Below, one piece after another: positions 1-19,544 of a stretch of 64,000 nucleotides of DNA (position 1 is the first letter of the stretch; every line of letters begins with the position of its first letter). Position numbers and translations under genes: made by a program. The notes under the pieces were generated by a model that worked only from the letters and a program-made list of their open reading frames with translations, was not told the DNA's origin and searched no databases. This stretch comes from Eledone cirrhosa (lineage: Eukaryota). Where the stretch lies: the NCBI GenBank assembly GCA_964016885.1, contig OZ024749.1:18972001-19036000 (forward strand), read 5' to 3'.

Positions 1-2921
<2,921 letters not shown>

Positions 2922-3070
2922 ATTCCACATGTAGATCACTGCGTATCTCTCCCGTCTTCGCTCCAAGGAGTAGAGGTTCAGTTCCTTCAGCCTCTCCCAG
3001 TAGCTTGTCTCCCTCATCTTGACAATCCTCTTGGTGTAGCTTCGCTGGATTGCCTCAAGCTCTGTGGTTA
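2922..3070 (-). mobile_element. CR1/L2-clade LINE ORF2 C-terminal fragment
   Basis: Minus strand reads [49 protein letters not shown], the typical post-RT motif of CR1-like LINEs. Confidence 0.8.
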
Positions 3071-3172
3071 GTTTGACACTAATTTGACACTAGTTTGACT
3101 ACTAATTTTCATAGAAAAAGCATATAACGATATGTGCTTTTACGATTCTCTAGAGAGGCCGGAAGATAGGTA

Positions 3173-3217
3173 AATATTGCTGATGAGTTGTAACAACAAC
3201 GAAACTAGTTCAATATT
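3173..3217 (+). ncRNA. Type I minimal hammerhead ribozyme (family A, copy 1)
   Basis: AATATTG-CTGATGA-GTTGT(AACA)ACAAC-GAAA-CTAG-TT-CAATATT: 7-bp stem I, 5-bp stem II, palindromic stem III ACTAGT, GUU site. Confidence 0.9.
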
Positions 3218-3638
3218 CCTTGTCTGGCTTTCTGGAGAATAGAGGAAAGGTGTTTCCTCAAAAACCAGTATGACTCTAAAAACCGGTTTGTCTGTGTGTT
3301 TACATACAGAATAGCTGGCCACTCACAGTAAAGTGACCAGTGAAAAAACTTGGTACATCTACATATGTATACGTGTGTGTATTCATATACATACTAGTAT
3401 TTCAGTATACATATATGGATGTACATCTTTAACTTAATTGTTTAAGCGTCAGTCATACAAAAGTGAGTTACAAACGAAACGAAATTTAATTTCGTTTCGT
3501 TATTTGTTTTTATCGTCTCCGTTGAACCGGTACTTACTCACACTCTATGCAAATTAGTCTGCCCACTACTAATTTTCATAGAAAAAGCATATAACGATAT
3601 GTGCTTTACGATTCTCTAGAGAGGCCGGAAGATAGGTA

Positions 3639-3683
3639 AATATTGCTGATGAGTTGTAACAACAACGAAACTAGTTCAATATT
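3639..3683 (+). ncRNA. Type I hammerhead ribozyme (family A, copy 2)
   Basis: Identical to 3173-3217. Confidence 0.9.
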
Positions 3684-4059
3684 CCTTGTCTGGCTTTCTG
3701 GAGAATAGAGGAAAGGTGTTTCCTCAAAAACCAGTATGACTCTAAAAACCGGTTTGTCTGTGTGTTTACATACAGAATAGCTGGCCACTCACAGTAAAAT
3801 GACCAGTGAAAAAACTTGGTACATCTACATATGTATACGTGTGTGTATTCATATACATACTAGTATTTCAGTATACATATATGGATGTACATCTTTAACT
3901 TAATTGTTTAATCGTTTCGTTATTTGTTTTTATCGTCTCCGTTGAACCGGTACTTACTCACACTCTATGCAAATTAGTCTGCCCACTACTAATTTTCATA
4001 GAAAAAGCATATAACGATATGTGCTTTTACGATTCTCTAGAGAGGCCGGAAGATAGGTA

Positions 4060-4104
4060 AATATTGCTGATGAGTTGTAACAACAACGAAACTAGTTCAA
4101 TATT
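4060..4104 (+). ncRNA. Type I hammerhead ribozyme (family A, copy 3)
   Basis: Identical to 3173-3217. Confidence 0.9.
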
Positions 4105-4414
4105 CCTTGTCTGGCTTTCTGGAGAATAGAGGAAAGGTGTTTCCTCAAAAACCAGTATGACTCTAAAACCGGTTTGTCTGTGTGTTTACATACAGAATAG
4201 CTGGCCACTCACAGTAAAGTGACCAGTGAAAAACTTGGTACATCTACATATGTATACGTGTGTGTATTCATATACATACTAGTATTTCAGTATACATATA
4301 TGGATGTACATCTTTAACTTAATTGTTTAAGCGTCAGTCATACAATTGTTTAAGCGTCAGTCATACAAAAGTGAGTTACAAACGAAACGAAATTTAATTT
4401 CGTTTCGTTATTTG

Positions 4415-6124
<1,710 letters not shown>

Positions 6125-6125
6125 C

Positions 6126-6270
<145 letters not shown>

Positions 6271-6281
6271 TATATATATAA

Positions 6282-8002
6282 TATAAGATCAAAAGATGGT
6301 TAAAGGAGTTCCATATATTTTATTATGCGCATTTCAAAAACAAACATCATCAAGCAATAATATTTGTGTTTTCATCAGATAAAACAGGAGAACATGATAT
6401 GAAGGCTAAAAAAACACTTGTTGATAGTGCAGTTTTAAATCAACATATGAAAAGTGGTTTTAGATTGATGTGTGATATTGGGAAAAATATTTTATTTAGA
6501 GAGGGGGGGAGGATGAAAAGGGAAGGAGATGAGAGGAGAGATGGGTGATAGAGAGAAAGAGATAGTTTTTATAACTGAGAGGAGATATATTTTTTACATA
6601 GAGGGGTTGAAAACCGTTGGAAGATACTGTATAAATTAAAAATTTGAAAATTAACGAAGGGAGGATATGTGCGAGGAAAAAATATTTTATTTAGGGAGGG
6701 GTGGGGGTGGAAAGGATGAAAAAAGGGGGGAGGAGATGAGAGTGAAGGTGGAGAGGGAGAGATGGGTGATAGAGAGAAAGAGATAGTTTTTATAACTGAG
6801 AAAAAGATATATTGTTTTAATATAGAGAGGTTGGGAACCGTTGGAAGATAATGTATAAATTAAAGGAATTTGAAAATTAACGAAGGGAAATTATGTATGA
6901 AGATAGAGAGAAAAAAATAATAATTGTGGGTGAATATTCTAACGTCAAAAGAAGAAATGTATGTATTGTGGCAATTTCAAAATTAGCGAAGAGAAAAGTT
7001 GTTATGGTTTGTGTGTAGAAGGATTTGAGAAAAATAATGTGAAGTTAAAGTTTGTATATTGAATTGATATGTATTAATAATGAGTTCGTTGATGGGGAGA
7101 AAAAAATAATAATAAATTAAGGATGAAATTGAGATTAAAAGATTTATGATAGAGAGAAAAAATAATAATGATTGCGGATGAATATTCAAAATGTCAAAAA
7201 CAAATGTTATTATTTTACGAGAAGATAGAATGAGGGTAATGAGTAAACGAGTATTATAGAGTGTATAATGCCCTTTAAAGTAAGGTAAGGTAGATGGGTA
7301 TATTTTAAAGAGGTGTATGTATATGTGCCTTTGAGAAAAGATTCTAAATTGATAAAGAATTGAATATTAACTGTATACTTTGTGAAAAGTTCTATGGAAT
7401 TTATGCAGGCAGATAGAAAACAAATCTGAGCGTCTGTTTATTATAGAATCTAGGTTAGAGATAATGGTAAATTTTTCATTTAGGCAGAGATTACAGATTT
7501 TAGATAGAGAGCTGTTCAAGTATGAGGATGCAGAAGAAATCTTTTTCCAAAAGATGTTATATTTAATGTTTTTGTCTTTAAGGACCATATGAGTTCTGAG
7601 AGAGCAGTGTTAGTTCTTTTAAGTTTGTATTTGAAAGATGAATGATGATTATAGAGACGAGCTTTAAAAGAGGTGGAAGTGGAGCCAAAATAGGTGAAGG
7701 AATTGGTGCTAGTTATAATTTTACATTCATAAATTAAGTTTTTATCGAGGCAATGGTTGTTGAGAGGACATTTATTTTTGATGCGGCAGTTGCAATTAGA
7801 GAGATTATTAATGAGTGATCTAGTGTTATCTATAGAAGGAATTGGATTGGAGAAGTTGTTTGCGATAGGAATAATAGGAATAATAGTTTCTTGATTTAGA
7901 GTTGGATTATGAACATTTAGCGAAGTTGTGTTTGACGTTGTATTTGGGTTTACAGAAGTTAGCCTAGGGTTTACAATGACGTCGGGAGTACTATTACTGT
8001 TA
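6282..8002 (-). mobile_element. Penelope-like element (Hydra-type), 3' part: GIY-YIG endonuclease plus 3'UTR/pLTR; runs into the assembly gap
   Basis: ORFs 7516-8002 and 7367-7588 (frameshifted): NCNCRIKNKCPLNNHC, NLIYECKI...YFGSTSTSFKARLYNHHSSF, CNLCLNEK, CLHK; HHR at 6317-6385. Confidence 0.85.
6317..6385 (-). ncRNA. Type I hammerhead ribozyme (family B)
   Basis: Minus strand GTTTTAT-CTGATGA-AAAC ACAAATATTATT(GCTT)GATGATGTTTGT TTTT-GAAA-TGCGCA-TA-ATAAAAT; palindromic stem III ATGCGCAT, AUA site. Confidence 0.85.
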
Positions 8003-8202
8003 NNNNNNNNNNNNNNNNNNNNNNNNNNNNNNNNNNNNNNNNNNNNNNNNNNNNNNNNNNNNNNNNNNNNNNNNNNNNNNNNNNNNNNNNNNNNNNNNNN
8101 NNNNNNNNNNNNNNNNNNNNNNNNNNNNNNNNNNNNNNNNNNNNNNNNNNNNNNNNNNNNNNNNNNNNNNNNNNNNNNNNNNNNNNNNNNNNNNNNNNNN
8201 NN
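8003..8202. other. Assembly gap (200 N)
   Basis: Run of N. Confidence 1.
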
Positions 8203-8897
8203 ATGCATCTTTCTTCTCAGCACTTGTGAGGGCAAGCTCACCTTTATCATTCCGGATACACTTCTCTCCAATGACCACATAACTCTCTCTGACACACTGC
8301 CTCACAATCTTGAACACCTGTTTCTGGTCCTCACGTTACAAAACATGCTTGAATTTTCTATCCTCTGCTTCCCTTCTAGCTAAGTATACTTGTCGCCTAG
8401 CTTCCCTCTTGGTTTCTATGTAATGTACCCTGCTCCTCCCGTTCTTCCATTCTTTCCATGCCTGTCTCTTGGCCTTAACTGCTTCATCTACCTTATTGTT
8501 CCACCACCAAGTCACTCTCCTCCTGCTTGAGGTTAACTCCAACCACAGAACTCATCCATCGCTTCTAGTAAATTATTTTTTAGGAACTCCCAGTTCTCTT
8601 CTACATTGAATGTCTCTATCTGTTCTTCTTTACTGTCGTAGGCGTTGAGTAAAATATCTTTAAATCTGTTACTGGTTGAGGGGTCTTTCAGCTTCCAGAT
8701 CTTTCTTCTCCAGGCTGGCCTCTGTTTCCAAGTTCGTCTAGTTCTGACAGTGAGGTCGCTGACAACTAAGCTATGTTGGGATGTACATTCCTCACTAGGG
8801 AAGGCTTTTGTGTTTACGACCGTCCACCTGTCACGTCCTCTGATGAGGATAAAATCTATCTGACTAGAGTGCTCCCCTCATCTATAGGTGATCAGGG
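8203..8897 (-). mobile_element. RTE LINE internal fragment (end of APE domain to WWWN linker), frameshifted
   Basis: Closely matches 47040-47735; [29 protein letters not shown]. Confidence 0.9.
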
Positions 8898-8904
8898 GAT
8901 TGTA

Positions 8905-10878
<1,974 letters not shown>

Positions 10879-11052
10879 AACTCTTGGTAGATTTATCTAC
10901 ATAATTTGCTTCTATTTTCACGGAAATATTCGTATTTTTGTACTGTATGTCTGTGTTAATTTTATATTTATGTATATACATATATATGTATGATTTTATA
11001 ACCCCATATACATTTAGTTGAGCTCTTTCTATTGTCCATTATCCATATCACA

Positions 11053-13486
11053 ATGGAAAAACAATACTTGGGAACCTCTTTAAAGAATATACCAATACCT
11101 TCTAAGGATGACTTCTTACTCCTTATGATACAGAAAACTAACCAATTTATCAGAAGAGTTAGATGGAGGGCCTACCACTTCGATAAAAAATCTAAATATG
11201 CAGATAGGAAATATATGTATGATTTCAATACTTACAAGAATCCACCACACAACTCTCTACTTGAAGACTTTGAGAAAGACCTTTTTAATTTAATTAAACA
11301 CCTCAAATTTAAGAAGTATAAATGTCTTTCAAAAGGACCTTGATTCTACCCTATTGGACCTAAAAAAGTCTAAAAAAATCCATGTCCACTCGGACAAAAC
11401 TGGAAACTTGTATCACATGGATATTGAAGATTATAATGAGTTCATATATAAAGAACTCATGAAAAATTATAAAAAATCTAATAATGCGTCACTCACCAAC
11501 ATCAACAACAAAACACACAACATAGTAAAAAAACTAAACATTGAAGATAGAACTGAACCTTTGGCATTGAAAAGACCACACTTCAACCTGAAGGATCATA
11601 AATCAAACTTTAACTCAAATCCTTCTATAAGACTTATATGTCCCTCCAAATCTGATATTGGAATAATTAGCAAAAAAATTTTGGATAGAGTCATCCCACA
11701 AATAAGAAAACATGTTAATTTACCACTCTGGGAAAACACTTCCCAGGTAATTAACTGGTTTAAAAATATTAGATGTAAATCTTCTGCTTCATTTCTACAA
11801 TTTGATATAGATAATTACTATTCTTCTATATCACCTATACTCCTGAACAAAGCTTTGATATTTGCTAAAAATAGATCTAACTTAACTTTGGATGACATTA
11901 ATATTATTACACATGCTAGACTAACACTTATTGAATTTCAGAATGAATACTGGACCAGAAACACTTATAGTAATCTATTTGATATTACTATGGGTTCAAG
12001 CGATTCTGCCCAAATTACTGATCTTGTGGGCCTCTTTCTTCTTTTCAACATAAATGCTTCCTTTCCCCACCTTTAAGGTGGTTTATATCGTGATGACTGT
12101 CTTCTTCTTTCCAACAACCTTAACCTCTCAGAAATAGAAAAAAACAAAAAGCTTATTAGAACCTTCCTTAAAGACTATTATAGTCTTCATATTACTTTTG
12201 AAAACACAAGTAAAGTAGTTAATTTCCGAGATATAACTTTAGACTTAGCTACGGGTATCTACCAACCTTACCATAAACCCAACCAAAACTTACACTACAT
12301 ACACTCACAATCTAATCACCCTAAATCTATCCTTAAAAACCTTGCATATAATATATCACTTAGAATTTCTAACTTTTCGTCTAACCAAGATGTATTTGAT
12401 AAAAATGCGACATTCTATAACAAAGCTCTAGATAGAAGTGGCCACAAAAATAGATTAGAATATATACCTTCTACTAAAAATACTATAAACATACAACCTA
12501 ATATTACCAACAAACACCAAATGAAAAGTACACACCTAAATGCCACCCACACTATACCCCAAAATACCAACAACTCCTCTAATAGAAAGTATAGTAACTC
12601 TCAAAAAACTACTCATCATACAACTCTAATAAATGTTAATAATAAAACTCTTAATAAACAAGATAAAACACCTAAATCAATAAATCTAACTAAAAATGTG
12701 CGTGGTGAGGTCATTAACATTAATCCTCCTAGTAAACATCACGATACAACCTATAAAAATAATAAACAACATAGAAACCGTAATAGACGAGTTACTTGGT
12801 ATAATGCTCCATTTAATTTACAAATTAAGGATAATATTGCCAAAAAATTTTTTTATATCCTAGAGAAAAACTTCCCGCCAAACCACAAATACCATCAAAT
12901 CTTAAATAGGTCTACAGTTAAATTCTCATACTCAACAACCAATAACATAAAACAAAATATAAGTGCCTATAATGCATATAAATGTAAGAATACCATAAGT
13001 ATACCACCAATACATCAAACTAACCATAATATCTCCTCAAATACAGAATTAACGAAAGGTTGTAACTGTAGAAACAAAGCAAACTGCCCATTAAAAGGAA
13101 ATTGTCTTGTTAACAACATAGTTTATAAATGTAAAGTTAAAACTAAAGATTCTATTTGCTCATATATAGGAGCTACTTCTAACAATTTTAAGGTAAGATT
13201 TAATACCCACAAACATAGTTTTAAAAATGCCGCACTGGCTAATACAACATCTCTAGCAGAAAAAATTAATAGTTATAGAAATAAGAATATAGAATATGAT
13301 ATGACCTGGAGTGTGCTCAAAAGAGCCACCCCTTATCAAAATAATAGAAATGAATGTAGATTATGTTCCCAAGAACTATTTGAAATAATGAAATCTAAGG
13401 ATATCCTATTAAATAAGCGACAGGAATTAATTATATCGTGTAATCATAAACTGAGAAAAACATTTAAATATTATAAACCTAATTAA
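11053..13486 (+). pseudogene. PLE reverse transcriptase plus C-terminal GIY-YIG endonuclease (one frameshift ~11325, one in-frame TAA 12074-12076)
   Basis: SLKNIPIPS...FIRRVRWRA; HSDKTGNLY; LKDHK...RLICPSKS; FLQFDIDNYYSSI; ITMGSSDSAQ; after the TAA the frame reads GGLYRDD; YHKPN...YIHSQSNHP; CNCRNKANCPL; NIVYKCKV...YIGAT; CRLC; SCNH. Confidence 0.92.
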
Positions 13487-14340
13487 TAATATATATTTTA
13501 GAAATTAATATATAATTTAATTTAAATGTAGTTAACCTATAAATTTAATTTAATTAAATTCTACTACAGATGAGATTAAAAAATATTGTGTAATCATAAA
13601 TTGTGAAAAACTTTTAAATATTATTAACATAATTAATATATTCTTTGTAAATTAATTTATAGATTAATTTTAGTTTATTTAACCTTTTATTAAAATTCCT
13701 TTACAGATGAAATGTAACAAAATATCGTGTAATCAATAACAGAGAGATATTTTTTAATATTATAAACCTAATTAATGTACAATTTAGAAATTTATTTATA
13801 AATTAATTTTAATTTAGTTAACCTATAATTTTAATTTAATTAGCTTAAAATTAAAATTCTAATACAGATAGATTGCAGAATATCATAAACTGAGATAAAT
13901 TTTTAAATATATACCTAATTAATATATTCTTTACAATTAAATATATATATATATATATTAATTTTAATTTTTCTTAACCTATAATTATATTCTACTATAG
14001 ATAAAATACAAAATCTGCTTTAATTATTATAAACCTAATTAACATATACTATAGAAATTAATATATAATTTTTAATTTAGTTAACCTATAATTTATATTC
14101 TACTACCGATGAAATACTTGATTTGGTTTTCCCTATTACTAAATTCATTTCCTCATATTGATACCATATTGTTAATATTTTTAATTTAGTTATGCTATAA
14201 TTAATACTCTACTACTGTTTAACTTCAAAATTCCGCTTCAAATATTATAAACCTAAGTAGTATACACCTTAGAAATCAATATATTAACTATTTTTAATTT
14301 AGTTAACCTATAATTAATAGTCTACTTATATTAAAATGCA
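13433..14340 (+). repeat. Degenerate AT-rich tandem repeat (~110-160 bp units) derived from the ORF end and 3'UTR start
   Basis: ATATCGTGTAATCATAAA, TATTATAAACCTAATTAA and TTAGTTAACCTATAA recur about 6-7 times. Confidence 0.75.
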
Positions 14341-14602
14341 TAATTTTGCCTTCTTTCTTACATTTCCTAATACTAAAACTACTATGTAAACACATATTAT
14401 GATCTAAATGCAGATTAATATTCTATGTTCCTTGAAACCTATATTTACTATTTCCCACTAATAATTTTAATCCCCTCCCCCCCCTATAATTATTTGTAAG
14501 CGTGGATGTATGTATGTGTATGTAAGTAGGTATGTATGTTTGGGTGTTTGTATGTGAGTATAAAAATACATATGTGCGCATGTAAATAAGTGTGTATGAT
14601 TG

Positions 14603-14633
<31 letters not shown>

Positions 14634-14823
14634 GTATGTATATGTATGTATATGTATATATATGTGTGTATATATATGACTATGTATATATATGTGTGTA
14701 TGTATATATGTATGGGTGCGTGTGTATGTGTATATATATTTGTAGAGATGTGTGTATGTATATATATATATATATGTGTGTGCATAATTGTCTGACTGTG
14801 TGTATTTATTTATTTTTTTCTTT

Positions 14824-14854
<31 letters not shown>

Positions 14855-15589
14855 ATATATATATATATATATGTGTATGTATATGTGTGTGTGTGTATAT
14901 ATATTTATGTGTATGTATATATCTATATATATATGTATATGTGTGTATGTATATCTCTTTATTTATGTATGTCTGAGTTGTGTGAGTGTGTGATTGTATG
15001 TGTATATACATACATGGATATGTGTATGTGTGTGTATATATATGTATATATATGTGTGTGTGTGTGTATATATATGTGTGTGTATGTGTATATATATGTA
15101 TATATGTGTGTATATATATGTGTGTGTATGTATATATGTATATGTATGTATGTGTGTATATGTATGTACATATATATGTATATATATGTGTGTTGTGAAT
15201 ATATGTATATATATATATATGTGTATGTATGTGTGTCTATGTATTTATATATGTATATGTATGTGTCTCTATATATATGTGTATGTATGTATATATATGT
15301 ATGTGTATGTATATATATACATATGTATATATATATGTATATATATATATATATATATGTATATCGGTGTGTATTTTATGTATGAGTATATATTTTATTT
15401 GTTTATTTTTTTTTTTAATATATTTCTTTTTATTTCTAAATTTATAGATACATTTTATAAATAGGCAGTTCTCTGACACCCTTAGTAATTACTGACCCCC
15501 TTCACCTTCTTCTGCATATAGATGTAAAAATGTATGTGGCAGTGTTTATGTGTGCGCCTTAATATCCATGTATTTATAATAATAATATA

Positions 15590-15635
<46 letters not shown>

Positions 15636-15992
15636 TGTATGTTCGTGGGTATGTGTATGTTTATGTGTATATGCGCGTGTGTGTGTGAATGTATGTATAT
15701 ATGTGTGTGTATATATGAATGTATATATGTTTATATACGTATGTGTATTTTATCTGTAGATTATAAACATACAGGGACATTAGCCCTGAATTTTTGTATT
15801 TACATACATTTTTTCGACATGCGTATGCATGTGAACATATATTTTTATGCATATCTGTGAACGAAGTTACTTACATATATACACACACCTAACTGTATTT
15901 TCTTGATATATTTTTGTGTATTTCATTGGTCAATTTGAACTCTGTTCCCAAACAGACCTGTAATTTTGAATTGTTATTATCAATAAATATAT

Positions 15993-16089
15993 TTCATTAT
16001 TTCTGAAGACGGCATATGTATGAGATCTGTTGAATATGCATGCCAATTCTAACACATATATGTCCTAGAAACGATCGTTAAATAATGAA
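15993..16089 (+). ncRNA. Type I hammerhead ribozyme with extended stem II (family C)
   Basis: TTCATTATTT-CTGAAGA-[~58 nt hairpin GGCATATGTATG...CACATATATGTC]-GAAA-CGATCG-TT-AAATAATGAA; 10-bp stem I, palindromic stem III ACGATCGT. Confidence 0.8.
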
Positions 16090-16173
16090 CTTTTTTTGTT
16101 TAATATAAGGAACAGTTTCATTGTTTTATTCATTATTTTTTTAATACTTTATATATATATATATATATATTTG

Positions 16174-16222
<49 letters not shown>

Positions 16223-16301
16223 ATGTATATATATATATATTTGTATGTATATATATATATATATATTTGTATGTATATATATATATATATATATATATTT
16301 G

Positions 16302-16336
<35 letters not shown>

Positions 16337-16367
16337 ATGTATATATATATATATATATATATATTTG

Positions 16368-16436
<69 letters not shown>

Positions 16437-16592
16437 ATGTATATATATATATATATTTGTATGTATATATATATATATATTTGTATGTATATATATATAT
16501 ATATATATATTTGTATGTATATATATATATATATATATATATTTGTATGTATATATATATATATATATATTTGTATGTATATATATATATAT

Positions 16593-17113
16593 AGTTAAAA
16601 GAATAGAGGTGTAACACACAAGTTATTATATATTGGTAAACGGAATAGAAAATGCTGACAAATTGTTCACAGTTGAAAAATGGTTTAATTAGGAATAAAA
16701 GAGTATTAGTGATTGTATGGGTTAGTATTCAGTTGTGGTTTTAAGTTTTTAAGTTTTTACCGGTTGCGCATTTCTAAATGCTTTTCAAAAATAATTTTGA
16801 GATAGAGTGTCCGTGCTGTTTGCTCTGTTCTGATTAGTTTTGGGAATTCTACCTGTTTTTATGTTAAAAAAATGGCTCCAGCGTTATTTTTGTGTTGTAA
16901 AAATGCTTGTGGTCAAAACAATTTTGATTGGTCGGTAGAGGTCATGTGAATGTAAAAAGTTGATTTTGCGCCAAGACTGTTTTTATGTTAAAATGTTAGA
17001 AAAGTGGCTCCAGCAAAGATTATGGTCAAAACAATTTTGATTGGTCGGTAGAGGTCATGTGGATAAAAAATTGGTTTTGCGCCAAGATTGAGAAATGACT
17101 CTTTCACAACAAA

Positions 17114-17147
<34 letters not shown>

Positions 17148-17233
17148 CGTGTGTGTGTGTGCAGTAGTAGTAGTAAGGTATTCGATGCTGCGACAATAGC
17201 CACCAGCGATGTGTGTCAAATGGCTATTAAGAT

Positions 17234-17271
<38 letters not shown>

Positions 17272-17580
17272 ACACACACACACAGAGCAGAGTCATTCGA
17301 AGGTCAAAAGATATTTTTCAGCTTTTGTCTTATACGGAGAAGTGCGCGTGTGTGTGTGTGTGTGTGTGCGTGTGTATAAGTCTCTTTGTATGTTGATGTA
17401 CGCGTGTGTATGTGTCTGCGTATACATGTGTGCGTGCGTGTGTGTGCGTGTGTGGGTGGACCAGTATTTTTTTCCCCCCCCTGGTAAAATGGTGTACATT
17501 ATTCGATTTTTTCAGTAAAATCGGTTCTCTTAATAGAACATCAACAATCTTAACAATAAAAGGTGTGAAATGATATTCAC

Positions 17581-17675
<95 letters not shown>

Positions 17676-19544
17676 TTTCACTACACACATATATATACAT
17701 ATATACATATATACATACATATATATGCACATATATTTTTTTGTATTGCACCATAGAGCATGTGTGTTTACGTGTGTCATTGTGTTTATATGTGGGTAGA
17801 GATGTGTGCTGATGTAGGTATGTATGTTGACGTGTGTATGTTGTGGGTTCGTCTTAGGGAGAAGTGTTTAGACGGGGTCCGTATTTGTTAATGAAGTAAG
17901 ATTCCTTGCTGATGCGCTGGGTGTGGGTGGCATTATCTTTAAATTTGTAGAGGGGAAAGATTCTGAAGTTGGGATGATTTTGGGCGGCGCAGGTATCAAT
18001 GTGTTCACTCAGTGGTATTTTCCTGTATTCCCGTATTTTAATTTGGGATCTATGGACAGTCATGCGTTGGCGGAGGCTGTTTTTGGTCTGGCCTATGTAT
18101 TGTTCTCGACAACCTGAACAAGTTAATACATATATTAAATTTTCCGATGCACATGTGAAATTGTGTTTTACTATAAAACGTTGTCCATCTTTGAAATAGA
18201 ATTCCGAACCCTCTATTAGGTTGATGCAAATGCCACAGTTGGGTCTATCGCATTTTTTTACTGTGGGTTTCGTTGTTGTGGTTGGCAGTACTTTGGCATG
18301 TGTTAAGATGTTTTTCATTGACTTGGATTGTCTTTTGCTTTTTATGATATCGTGTGTTCGTAGAATTTGGTTCATTCTATGGTCCTTTTTCAATACAGGG
18401 ATGTTCTGGAGGATGGTGTCAAAGGCCTCGTTGTTGAGGGGGTTGTGTGTGGAGATGTATGGAAGAGCTTTTAGTTTTGGTTGATTTACTTTAGGGTGTC
18501 TAAGGTCCTGGGTACTGAGTTTTAGGGCACGTTGGATTCCATTGTCAATTAGTGATGCAGGGTAGTCCCTGCCTATGAGTGTGTCCTTTAGTTCTTGTAG
18601 CCGTAAGTAGCAGATGTTTTTATTGGAGACTATAGTACAGATTCTCTTGGCTAAGTTGTAGGGAATATTAATTTTAACGTGTCTAGGGTGGCAAGAGTTG
18701 AAGGGGAGGTATTGCTTGGAGTCTGTGGGCTTGTAGTATATGTCTGTTTCTATTTTTTTGTTATGGATCTTAATGAGGATGTCGAGGAAGGGGAGTTGTT
18801 GATGGCTGTATTCCATTGTGAAGTTAATATTTGTGTTGAGCCCATTTATAAGGGTGTGAAATTCTTTAAGTTTTTCGATGTTTTCGTGCCAAAGGATGAA
18901 GCAGTCATCAAGATATCGCTTCCAGTTCCTTTCAATGTGTAAGTGGAGGGTGTTTCCAAATTTGTTTAGGACTTTAGTGTAGAGGGTGATTTCCAGGTAT
19001 CCCATGACTAGGTTGGCATACGTAGGGGCTGTTTTCGTTCCCATAGCGGTCCCAGATTTCTGCCTGTAGGGTTTGTTATTGAAAACGAAGTAATTGTTCT
19101 CCAAGATAAATTTGAGTCCCTCTATCACGAATTCTTTTTTGATGCGTTGTGGGAGTTCATTGTGGAAGTTTTCCAGCCAGAATTGGATAGCTTCTATTCC
19201 TAGGTTGCGCAAAATCAACTTTTTACATTCACATGACCTCTACCGACCAATCAAAATTGTTTTGACCACAAGCATTTTTACAACACAAAAATAACGCTGG
19301 AGCCATTTTTTTAACATAAAAACAGGTAGAATTCCCAAAACTAATCAGAACAGAGCAAACAGCACGGACACTCTATCTCAAAATTATTTTTGAAAAGCAT
19401 TTAGAAATGCGCAACCGGTAAAAACTTAAAAACTTAAAACCACAACTGAATACTAACCCATACAATCACTAATACTCTTTTATTCCTAATTAAACCATTT
19501 TTCAACTGTGAACAATTTGTCAGCATTTTCTATTCCGTTTACCA

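Larger units (their letters stand above)
10880..16149 (+). mobile_element. Penelope-like retroelement, Hydra-type, apparently near full length
   Basis: RT-EN pseudo-ORF, long repeat-rich 3'UTR, terminal HHR, flanked by TA-rich microsatellite on both sides; exact ends uncertain. Confidence 0.8.

Noticed and set aside
3140-3322. Duplicated 60-aa ORF MASYSVCK (also 3606-3788)
   Set aside because: Antisense to the HHR unit, non-ATG start, frameshifted in the third copy
11341-11343. TGA as possible selenocysteine, as in some Naiad PLEs
   Set aside because: Homology continues in another frame (FQKDLDSTLLDL), so this is a frameshift; the other stop is TAA and the endonuclease is C-terminal
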